From NCBI GenBank assembly GCA_963755125.1, contig CAVWIP010000008.1, forward strand, positions 64,001 through 128,000: DNA of 64,000 nucleotides, read 5' to 3'. Made by a program: the position numbers and the translations under genes. Below are positions 52,435-64,000 of this stretch, one piece after another. Position 1 is the stretch's first letter, and every line of letters begins with the position of its first letter. The DNA is from an uncultured delta proteobacterium. Lineage in GTDB: Bacteria; Myxococcota_A; Polyangia; Fen-1088. The notes beneath the pieces were generated by a model, which saw only the letters and a program-made list of their open reading frames with translations, ran no database searches and was not told the DNA's origin.

Positions 52435-53597
52435 CCACGATCCTCTGCCGCTACGGCGAGCTGTTCCTCAAGGGCGGCAACCGCCACATCTTTCTCCGGG
52501 CGCTGGCCAACAACGTGCGGGCGGCAGTTCGCGACTTGCCCGAGGTCAAGGTTTCTGCTCCCCATGGTCGCGTGGTCGTCTACGTGGCCGACCAGGCGCG
52601 CGCCGAGGCCTGCAGCCGTCTGGAGCGCGTGTTCGGCCTGGTGTCGATTTCTCCCGTCGCCAGCGTGGCGGCCGACATCGACGCGATCTGTGCCGCGGCC
52701 GTGGTCGAGGCGCAAGCCGCGGTCGAGCGCAACCCGGATTTACGCCGCAGCTTCAAGATCGAACCGCACCGATCCAACAAGCAGTTTCCCCTGCAGTCGC
52801 ACGAGATCGCCTGCCGCGCCGGCGACGCCGTGTCGGCAGCCACCGGAATTCCTGTCGACGTGCACGACCCGGCTCTGCGCGTGGGCATCGAGATCTCGAC
52901 CCAGGCCACGCATGTCTTTGCTGAGCGCAGGCCGGCGCCTGGCGGTTTGCCGGCGGGAGTCTCGGGACGCGCCGTGCTCCTACTTTCGGGCGGCATCGAT
53001 TCTCCGGTGGCCGGATGGCTGGCGGCCAAGCGCGGCCTGGCGCAGGAGGCGCTCACCTTCCATTCGCCGCCGTTCACCGGTGACAAGGCGAAGGACAAAG
53101 TCGTCGCCCTGGCCCGCCAACTAAGCCGCTGGCAAGCCGTCTCGACCCTGTGGGTTGCGGGCTTCACCGAGGCGCAGAAACGTCTGCGCGCCGCGGGCCG
53201 TCCTGAACTGGCGGTGGTGCTATACCGGCGCATGATGGTCCGGGTAGCCGATCTTCTATGCGAGCGCGCGGGCTGCCACGCCATCGTCACCGGAGAAAAT
53301 TTGGGACAGGTCGCCAGTCAGACCTTGACCAACATGCGCAACATCGAGGTCGTGGCCCAACACCTCATCCTGCGGCCGCTTCTCACCTACGACAAAGTGG
53401 AAACCACGGCGCTGGCGCGGCGGATCGGAACCTACGACATCTCCGCCCTGCCCTTTGAAGACTGCTGCTCGCTCTTCGTGCCCGCCCACCCGGCGACTGC
53501 GGCCAGGCTTTCCGACGTCGAACGCGCAGAGGCGACGCTGGAGGTGGCCAAGGAAGCGGCCGACATCGCGGAGCAGGCCGAGCGCATCGTGCTGTGA
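52431..53597 (+). CDS. thiI: tRNA 4-thiouridine synthase ThiI (short form, no rhodanese domain)
   Basis: RYGELFLKG, THUMP domain, LSGGIDSPVA, GENLGQVASQT, EDCC. Confidence 0.92.
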   Translation: MTTILCRYGELFLKGGNRHIFLRALANNVRAAVRDLPEVKVSAPHGRVVVYVADQARAEACSRLERVFGLVSISPVASVAADIDAICAAAVVEAQAAVERNPDLRRSFKIEPHRSNKQFPLQSHEIACRAGDAVSAATGIPVDVHDPALRVGIEISTQATHVFAERRPAPGGLPAGVSGRAVLLLSGGIDSPVAGWLAAKRGLAQEALTFHSPPFTGDKAKDKVVALARQLSRWQAVSTLWVAGFTEAQKRLRAAGRPELAVVLYRRMMVRVADLLCERAGCHAIVTGENLGQVASQTLTNMRNIEVVAQHLILRPLLTYDKVETTALARRIGTYDISALPFEDCCSLFVPAHPATAARLSDVERAEATLEVAKEAADIAEQAERIVL

Positions 53598-53661
53598 GTA
53601 GCGCTACGGGCAAGCAGTGACGGTGGGCGGGACGGCCGATCGCGCGCTATAGTTGGACTCG

Positions 53662-54489
53662 ATGGCCCTGTCACAGAAGCTCCAGACCCTGCGCGACCTG
53701 ATCGCCGCCCATGAATCGGCTCTGGTCTGCTTCTCGGGTGGGGTGGATTCGACGCTACTTCTGCGCGTGGCTCATGACGTGCTCGGGGACCGCTGCACGG
53801 CGCTCATCGCGCTTTCGCCCACCATGGCCCACAGCGAGCAGCGGGCCGCGCTCGATCTGGCGCGCGGCATGGGCGTGCGCTGCGAAACGGTCGAGTCGCA
53901 CGAGCTTCTGCGTCCCGAATTCCAGTCCAATCCCGAGGATCGCTGCTACTACTGCAAGTCGGAATTGCTCACCATCGCGGCCCCGGTGGCCCAGCGTCTC
54001 GGTTGCAAGTCCATCCTGCTCGGCACCAACGTCGACGATCTGGGCGACTACCGACCCGGGCTACAGGCCGCCAAGGATCACGGCGCCTGTCACCCGCTGC
54101 TCGACGCCGGGCTGAACAAGCAAGAGATCCGCGAGCTGTCGAAGGAGCTGGGGCTCGCCACCTGGGACAAGCCGCAGCTCGCCTGCCTGTCGTCGCGTTT
54201 TCCCTACGGCACCACCATCACCACCGAGCGCCTGCAGCAGGTGGACGCCTTCGAGGAAGGGTTGCGCGCACTGGGCTTCCGGCAACTGCGGGTGCGCTTC
54301 CACAACGAGGTCGCGCGCGTGGAGGTCGAGCCGGACGCCATGGCGCGCGCACTGGAGTTGCGCGAGACCATCGTGAAGCTGGGCCGCAAGCTCGGGTTCA
54401 CCTTCGTGTCGTTGGACCTGGCCGGGTTCGCCTCGGGTTCGCTCAATCAGCTCATCGGCATCCGCCCGCGCGCCAGCGCCGCGAAGTAG
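53662..54489 (+). CDS. larE: LarE-family ATP-dependent sulfur insertase
   Basis: FSGGVDS PP-loop, RCYYCK, DDLGDYRPG, ACLSSRFPYG, RVRFH, SGSLN. Confidence 0.88.
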   Translation: MALSQKLQTLRDLIAAHESALVCFSGGVDSTLLLRVAHDVLGDRCTALIALSPTMAHSEQRAALDLARGMGVRCETVESHELLRPEFQSNPEDRCYYCKSELLTIAAPVAQRLGCKSILLGTNVDDLGDYRPGLQAAKDHGACHPLLDAGLNKQEIRELSKELGLATWDKPQLACLSSRFPYGTTITTERLQQVDAFEEGLRALGFRQLRVRFHNEVARVEVEPDAMARALELRETIVKLGRKLGFTFVSLDLAGFASGSLNQLIGIRPRASAAK

Positions 54490-54502
54490 TATCGCTACGC
54501 CA

Positions 54503-54863
54503 TCAACCAGGCCAGCGCCGTCGGGGAGTCGATGATCCGAACCGGCGAGTCGACAAAGCCTTCGGGATCATCTTGGGGAAATCCAGCGCCTTGTCGTACT
54601 TGGGCATGAACGCCTTGAGCGCATGTTGAGCTTCGTGGCGATGGATCCGCTCGTTCTGGTCTTGGAAGTGAAGGAGCGCCCACAGCTCAATGCACGGGTT
54701 GGACAAGGCCACCTGCACACGCGATTTCTTGGCCAGCTCCAGTGCCTCGGTACTCCGGCTCGGTGACCTTCCCTTCGCACACCACAAGAATGCGGTGCTT
54801 GGGATCGCGTTTGGCCAGCTTGCGACCAATGTCCCGAATCCGGTCCCGAAATCGCCGCTCCAT
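54503..54863 (-). pseudogene. RloB-family protein relic with internal deletion and frameshift
   Basis: ATG 54863 gives ..RILVVCEGKVTEPEY, then a frame switch at ~54750 directly to EALELAKK..VALSNPCIELWALLHF. Confidence 0.75.
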
Positions 54864-55529
54864 CTACGTGGGGTCGCTTTCGTTCTTCCTGGCTAGGTCC
54901 AGCGATCCGATGAACGGGATGGCGCCATAGCGGCCCTGCAAATACCCCCGTTGCAGGTTTTCCGTGGGTCGCGGTTTGAAGTCCGTGAGCGGGTACAGAT
55001 GGGTTGCGCCGTCGCGATCCTTCTCGGTCAGCCAGACCTGATCGCGGCGCAACGGCGGAGGATCGCTCAGCAGGTTGCCAAGCAGGGTCGATTCATGCGT
55101 GTTGAATAGGAGCTGCGCGCCTCGGGGATTATTGGCGTGGTCCTGGAAGAGCTGAACGATCGCCAGGGCCAGGGTGGGGTGCAACGAATTCAGCTCGTCG
55201 ACGGCCAGCAAGCCCCCTTCTTCGAGAATGTGCAGCAGGTGGGGCAAGATACTCACCAGCACCTGTGTGCCGGCCGATTCTTGTTCCAGCTTAAACCAGA
55301 CACGGCCGAGGTCCGATTTGCTCTCATGCGCGAAGGTGAGCCTCGGACGCCGAAGGTTGACGTCACCTTGGTGCCCTCGACTGCCGGGCGACCGATCCTG
55401 TTCCACCATGAAGTCCTCGATGCCCAGATCGGACGACGTGAGCAGGGAACCCACGTGGCTCCGACGGCGATCAAGGTCGTCCGAGAAGAGGGCTCGTATC
55501 CTTCTCGCTGAACCGCGCCCACCATCCAT
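54864..55529 (-). pseudogene. RloA-like (AAA_21) ATPase, C-terminal half only
   Basis: ESAGT, LAVDELNSLHP, QLLFNTH, RRDQVWLTEKD, YLQGRYGAIP; no Walker A before the serA stop. Confidence 0.8.
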
Positions 55530-55551
55530 AGGAGTTTCTGCGACGCACAGG

Positions 55552-56724
55552 CTAGGTCTTGGAAATCAGTCGCGCCGTGATGACGCCTTCAATCTTGCGC
55601 AGCTTCTCCACCTGCGCCTCGGCTACGTCGCCGTCGATGTCGATGATGTTGTAGGCCAGCTCGCCCGCGCTCTTGTTCATCATGTCGGCGATGTTGATCT
55701 TGTCGGCGGCCAGCACTGTCGTGATCTGACCCACCATGTTGGGCACGTTGGCGTTGGCGACCACGATGCGATGGCGCCCCATGACCGGCAGCGCGCAGGT
55801 GGGGAAGTTGACCGAGTTTTTGACGTTGCCGTTTTCCAGGAAGTCGCGCACCTGCTCCACCGCCATGATCGCGCAGTTGTCCTCGGCCTCGGGCGTGGAC
55901 GCGCCCAGGTGGGGAATCGCGATGACGTTGGGCACAGCCAGCAGATCGTCGTCGGGGAAATCGGTCACGTAGCAGCCGACCGTGCCGGCCTTCAGCGCTT
56001 CGAGCAGGTCGGCATTCTTGACCAGCCCGCCGCGCGCCAGGTTGACGATGCGCACGCCCTTCTTCATCAAGGCGAACTTGTCGCGGTTGAGCATGCCCTT
56101 GGTCTGGTCCATGAGCGGCACATGCAGCGTGATGTAGTCCGACTGGGCCAGCAGCATGTCCAGGCTAGTGGCACGGCGAACCGTGCGCGCCAAACCCCAG
56201 GCCGCCTCGACCGAGATGTACGGATCGTAGCCAGCCACTTCCATGCCCAATGCCAACGCGTCGTTGGCCACCATCACGCCGATGGCACCCAGCCCGACCA
56301 CGCCCAGTTTCTTGCCCTTGATCTCGGGGCCCACGAAGTCGTTTTTGCCCTTCTCCACCAGCGGCCCCACCTCCTTGCCCTTGCCCTTGAGGGTCTTGAC
56401 CCACTCGATGCCCGCCACGATCCGGCGCGACGAGAGCAGCAGTCCGGCCAGCACCAGTTCCTTGACCCCGTTGGCGTTGGCCCCCGGGGTGTTGAACACC
56501 ACGACGCCGCGCTTGGAACATTGCTCGACCGGGATGTTGTTCACGCCGGCGCCGGCGCGCCCGATGGCCTTCACCGAGGCGGGCAACTGCATGCCGTGCA
56601 TGTCTGCGCTGCGCACCAGGATGGCGTCGGGACCTACGATCTCCGATGCGATCTCGTAGTGCTCGCACGGAAAACCCTCGAGGCCAATCATGGCAATCTT
56701 GTTCAGGGTCTGGATCTTGAACAT
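55552..56724 (-). CDS. serA: D-3-phosphoglycerate dehydrogenase with C-terminal ACT domain
   Basis: RAGAGVNNI, GLGAIG, NLARG, PHLGASTPEAE, NVPNMVGQI. Confidence 0.9.
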   Translation of the reverse strand: MFKIQTLNKIAMIGLEGFPCEHYEIASEIVGPDAILVRSADMHGMQLPASVKAIGRAGAGVNNIPVEQCSKRGVVVFNTPGANANGVKELVLAGLLLSSRRIVAGIEWVKTLKGKGKEVGPLVEKGKNDFVGPEIKGKKLGVVGLGAIGVMVANDALALGMEVAGYDPYISVEAAWGLARTVRRATSLDMLLAQSDYITLHVPLMDQTKGMLNRDKFALMKKGVRIVNLARGGLVKNADLLEALKAGTVGCYVTDFPDDDLLAVPNVIAIPHLGASTPEAEDNCAIMAVEQVRDFLENGNVKNSVNFPTCALPVMGRHRIVVANANVPNMVGQITTVLAADKINIADMMNKSAGELAYNIIDIDGDVAEAQVEKLRKIEGVITARLISKT

Positions 56725-56879
56725 GGCAGCTCTCCCTCTGGGCGGTTCGCCCGCCAATCCGAAACATCCTGTCTGATAAAGCCGAATGCGTCTAGCCCCC
56801 AAGACGCCAGTTGCCGCGGATGGCTACGGGCGCCTTCATTCCTGGCCACGCGCAGTCACTCCCGCTACCATTGTTGAAT

Positions 56880-57650
56880 ATGGTTCCTTGGCTGGGGCTC
56901 TTCGTGGGCACGCTGCTCCCCGTGGCGCCAGCGACGGCTCCCGTGGCGCCACCGGAGCCTGCTGTCGAGGCGTTTCCCGCCGAGGCCCTGGTCCCGGTCA
57001 ACGACGAGCGGGCCGAGCACCTGCCGTCGCCCCTGCGCGAACGGAGCAAGAAGGAACTCTGGCTGGCTGACAAGGCCCATCGCCCCGACGTACACGTCAC
57101 CGACGAACAGCTTCGCCCACCGCGCACCTGCCGCACCGGCAAGAGACCGCCCGCGCGCCAGCCCTGTGCGCAGGCCGCCGAGATGCTGGCCGGCCCCATG
57201 CCGCCCATCGGCACCCGCGTGCAGCCACTGGCCACGCTGCACAACCAGTGGACACGCGAGCTGATGAGCTTCATTCCGGGCCAGCCGTACCTAGAACGGT
57301 TCCGCATCTTCCTGCGCGACCACTTCACCAACCAGGCGACCAACGTAGACCCGGAGCTCGCCGACGTGCTGGTCTCGGCCGCCCTGCACTTCCACGCCCA
57401 GCGCATCGACGTGGTGTCGGGTTATCGCTCGCCCAAGTACAACCTCATGTTGCGCAAGAAGGGCCATCAGGTGGCGCGCGAGAGCCAGCACACCCAGGGC
57501 AACGCGGTCGATTTCCGCATCCGCGGGGTACCCACCGAAAAACTCCTCGGCTTCGTGCGCTCGCTGCGCCTGGGCGGGGTCGGCTTCTACCCGCACGCGC
57601 ACTTCGTCCACAGCGATACCGGCCCGATTCGCTATTGGCAAGGATCGTAG
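56880..57650 (+). CDS. YcbK/DUF882 (peptidase M15, MepK-like) protein
   Basis: SGYRSPKYN, SQHTQGNAVDF, GGVGFYP..FVHSDTG. Confidence 0.85.
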   Translation: MVPWLGLFVGTLLPVAPATAPVAPPEPAVEAFPAEALVPVNDERAEHLPSPLRERSKKELWLADKAHRPDVHVTDEQLRPPRTCRTGKRPPARQPCAQAAEMLAGPMPPIGTRVQPLATLHNQWTRELMSFIPGQPYLERFRIFLRDHFTNQATNVDPELADVLVSAALHFHAQRIDVVSGYRSPKYNLMLRKKGHQVARESQHTQGNAVDFRIRGVPTEKLLGFVRSLRLGGVGFYPHAHFVHSDTGPIRYWQGS

Positions 57651-57784
57651 GCCGCGTCCCGGTGATCTCCAGCAAGCACCGCGCGGCACGGATCGACAGA
57701 GACGCGCAAGAAACGAAGTGAAGAACGTACAAGACGGTGTGCCCGCTTTCCGACCTGCCTCCCCGCTCTGCCGTCTACGGTCGT

Positions 57785-58030
57785 TTACGGAATTCGTCCG
57801 GTCTGTATGATTCTGTGCAAGGCGGCCACCGGGAGATGTGGCTGGCGCCTCTCTTCCTCGAAGATGATCTGGGCGAGAGTCGGTGCGGTCACGTCACCGC
57901 CTGTCGCCTTGTCGACGACCCGGATTTCCTCGCCCTGGCGCAAGAGCGCCGCGAGCACCGCGAGCGTCACGTAGTGGCTTTCTGTGGTGTCATAGAGCTT
58001 GCGGTTCGAATAGTGCTTGATGGTTCGCAT
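57785..58030 (-). CDS. PhaR-like (PHB accumulation regulator N-terminal) DNA-binding protein
   Basis: IKHYSNRKLYDT..YVTL..VVDKATGGDVT..LAQII. Confidence 0.8.
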   Translation of the reverse strand: MRTIKHYSNRKLYDTTESHYVTLAVLAALLRQGEEIRVVDKATGGDVTAPTLAQIIFEEERRQPHLPVAALHRIIQTGRIP

Positions 58031-58119
58031 GGTGCGGCTTCGGATGATCTCATGGCGCGAAAATGGGCGCAAAAAACCAGCCGGCAATCTTCGAACCAGT
58101 GGCGGCCAGGCCGCCCCGA

Positions 58120-58838
58120 TCAGGAGCCCGACCGGCGCAGAACTTTGGACAGCGACTCGCTGTCCCACGGCTCGAACAGCACGGCCTCGACTGCGCCGCT
58201 GGCAATTGCACGTTCCAACTGTGTAGGTTGTGAATCGCCGGGCAGAACGACGCGACGGATGTGCGGGTAAGAGTCCTTCAGGAAATTGAGAAATCCCAAA
58301 GAATCCGTGCGGCCGAGGTCACATCCCACGACAACGGCGGCGATGCCGTGCGCATCGCCAGACAGCAGGGAAATCGCATCGAGCGGCGTCGCCACCGAAA
58401 CCAGTTCCTGCCCGAGTGAACGCACATCAGTCGCAAAAGCAGAAAGCACGTATGCCGGGAAGTCCAACACAAGAACACGCGTCCGCTTCTTTCCCATGCC
58501 ACTTTCAAGCGCGACGACCGCAAGATTCTGCAGGGCATCTTCGACGTCAGGAGCGAGATTGCCGAATGCCACGGCGAAACTCTGTTCCCCGGATGGCAGC
58601 TGTTTCCGCCTGACCACCTCGGCCTCGATACTTTGCGAGAACTGTCTGCCCACCCGAAGTAGGATCTGCACCACTTGGCCGATCGCCAGGTTGTTGTCGC
58701 CGAGCATATCTGCGCCCCCCGCCGACAGGTTTCGCACCACGTACGCGCCTACGTACCGTCCATCCACCACGGCGATGGCGGTGGCGGCAACCCGGGCGCG
58801 CGGGAAGGAACGCCTATCCGGCTCCTGGCCGCTGTCAC
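58120..58838 (-). CDS. PilZ domain + degenerate receiver-like domain protein (5' end frameshifted or truncated)
   Basis: In-frame DRRSFPR (RxxxR) lies upstream of the first in-frame start (58770); NLSAGG motif; C-terminal DAISLL..RRVVL..FEPW. Confidence 0.65.
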
Positions 58839-58840
58839 GA

Positions 58841-62428
<3,588 letters not shown>

Positions 62429-62509
62429 TGTTCTCGTCCCGGTCTACTCGCCTTGGCCGGCAAGATCAACGACGCGAGCTGTGCTAGTTTTGATTTTCGG
62501 TCGCGGCCG

Positions 62510-64000
62510 ATGGATTCCTTCGCACACCTTCTTTGTCGCGGGCGCTGGGCGCTGTTTATCGCCCTGGCCGCGGCGTGCGGCAACCGCGTGCTTCCGCCCC
62601 TGCCGGACGCGGCGCCCTTGGGACCGGTTTCCATCGAGGCGAGTTCAGACACACTGGCCATCCCGCCGTTCGGGAGCCGGCAGCTTGTGTTCCACTTGCG
62701 CGGAGCACAGGGGGAGCCAGTGCCGAACGTGGTCATGTATTTTTCGATCCTGGACGATTCGAGCACGAACGGCGACGGGGGAGCACAGCTCTCGCTTTCC
62801 AGCGCCATCACCGACAGCGACGGCGCGGTCACGTTGCAGGTCATTGCCGGCCAAGGGGCGAGCGAGCAGACGCCGCTGTTCACCGTGCAAGCCTCGGCCG
62901 GCGACGCGCTTCTGGACATTCCGATCTTCATTACAACCGGTGCGCTGGCCACCGTTGAGATCATGCCTGTCTTCCCTGACCCGTCGTCCATCAACAACCC
63001 CGTCACCGCGACCAACATCTACTTCTACGACGGCACCGCGTGCGCAAACGTGTCGCTCGAACATCCTCCACCTCCCGTGCGACAGGTACAAACGCTGTCT
63101 GTCACCGACCCTCCGGCGACTTTCACCAGCGTGGTCACCAACGGCGTCCACGCCGTGCTTGGCCGGGCTGCCGACGCCCAGAACAACGTGGTGGCCGAGG
63201 GATGCACAGACGTGTTGGGCGCCAGCCTGTCCGCCGAACAGCCCATGCTGATCCTGCTGCCGCTGCCACGGCTCTACCCTTCGCCCGAAGGCACCTTCCA
63301 GGCCGTTTCCGGGTTCACCTTCACGACGCCACTTCCCGGAACCGCGTCGGCCCAGACCACATGGATGGCCCTGTCCAACGACGGCTGCGATCCGGCTAGC
63401 CTGTGGCTCGACTGCACCATCGACGCGCTCAGTACCCCCACCGCAGACAATCCACTCGACTGCCAGCCAGTCGCCGGTGCCGGAGGTCCGCTGGGAGACC
63501 TGTTGGCTGCCCGCAGGGCGGTGACCGGCGGATCCTCGTCCTGTGCGAATCAGCTCGATGCGGCTGGGAACCCCAGCCTGGACTCGGAGGTCTATGCGCT
63601 GTTCCCCGCTGGCTCCCTTGATGGTTTGCACCTGGACACGCTGCCGGATGAACTTGGCAGCGCGCTGACCAGTCTCACGGTGCATTCCACACTCACCGTG
63701 ACCCCTGTCGCTGCCGCCAACGCCTTCAACATCGACCATGTCTTGACCGGCATCGATCTCCCGAATGCCGCCGTCCATTCGTTGATGACCATGACGGATC
63801 TGGCTGCCCCGTCCCCCGAGGCCGCGTTCGTATCCGGCGTGTCGCGGGCTGGTCAACTCGTAATCAGCTCGCACGGATTCACCCTGGGCCTGGGAGCGGC
63901 CGCCCGTTTCGCCTTCGCCGCGTCCAGCCTGGCGCCACGCTTGGGTGTCGCGGATGTGAGCGCCTTTTTGCAGTCTCTGCTGAACCTGGCCACCAGTAGC
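62510..64000 (+). CDS. Lipoprotein with N-terminal Ig-like domain (runs off window end)
   Basis: ATG 62510 gives MDSFAHLLCRGRWALFIALAAAC lipobox; AITDSDGAVTLQVIAG Big_1-like motif; frame was open wherever checked, up to 64000; absent from ORF track. Confidence 0.7.
   Translation, partial: MDSFAHLLCRGRWALFIALAAACGNRVLPPLPDAAPLGPVSIEASSDTLAIPPFGSRQLVFHLRGAQGEPVPNVVMYFSILDDSSTNGDGGAQLSLSSAITDSDGAVTLQVIAGQGASEQTPLFTVQASAGDALLDIPIFITTGALATVEIMPVFPDPSSINNPVTATNIYFYDGTACANVSLEHPPPPVRQVQTLSVTDPPATFTSVVTNGVHAVLGRAADAQNNVVAEGCTDVLGASLSAEQPMLILLPLPRLYPSPEGTFQAVSGFTFTTPLPGTASAQTTWMALSNDGCDPASLWLDCTIDALSTPTADNPLDCQPVAGAGGPLGDLLAARRAVTGGSSSCANQLDAAGNPSLDSEVYALFPAGSLDGLHLDTLPDELGSALTSLTVHSTLTVTPVAAANAFNIDHVLTGIDLPNAAVHSLMTMTDLAAPSPEAAFVSGVSRAGQLVISSHGFTLGLGAAARFAFAASSLAPRLGVADVSAFLQSLLNLATSS

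Noticed and set aside
56725..56880. Riboswitch (glycine/ZTP) upstream of serA
   Set aside because: Only a short hairpin next to the SD; the conserved aptamer motifs are not recognisable

Overview
High-GC bacterial chromosome segment, very likely Myxococcota (mglB-mglA downstream of dnaX-ybaB-recR, an elbB-E ether-lipid cluster, a Ser/Thr kinase-PEGA-lipoprotein cassette). It is mostly core genes: fusA, dnaX/ybaB/recR/mglBA, clpB-dnaJ-like-lon, rlmD/lgt/trmH-family, hemW-hrcA-grpE-dnaK-dnaJ, iscS-thiI-larE, serA and dnaE. These are interrupted by small, often decayed defence/TA islets: a type IIG R-M tail fused to a truncated methyltransferase, an MNT pseudogene plus a VapC fragment plus intact FitAB, a Dam-like methylase with a small PD-(D/E)XK nuclease, and RloAB relics. 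The main signals not explained by the ORF track are: (1) a dispersed palindromic repeat family with compensatory base-pair changes, present in-frame inside rlmD, as the C-terminal extension of a TrmH-family gene, and intergenically after lon; (2) a ~165-nt rod-shaped candidate ncRNA beside mglA; (3) a possible link between the LarA-like ElbC and an Fe-S-type LarE next to iscS; (4) single-base indels in clpB and a PilZ gene that may be assembly errors. No rRNA, tRNA, CRISPR array or transposase was recognised. All calls are by eye from motifs; no database search was run.
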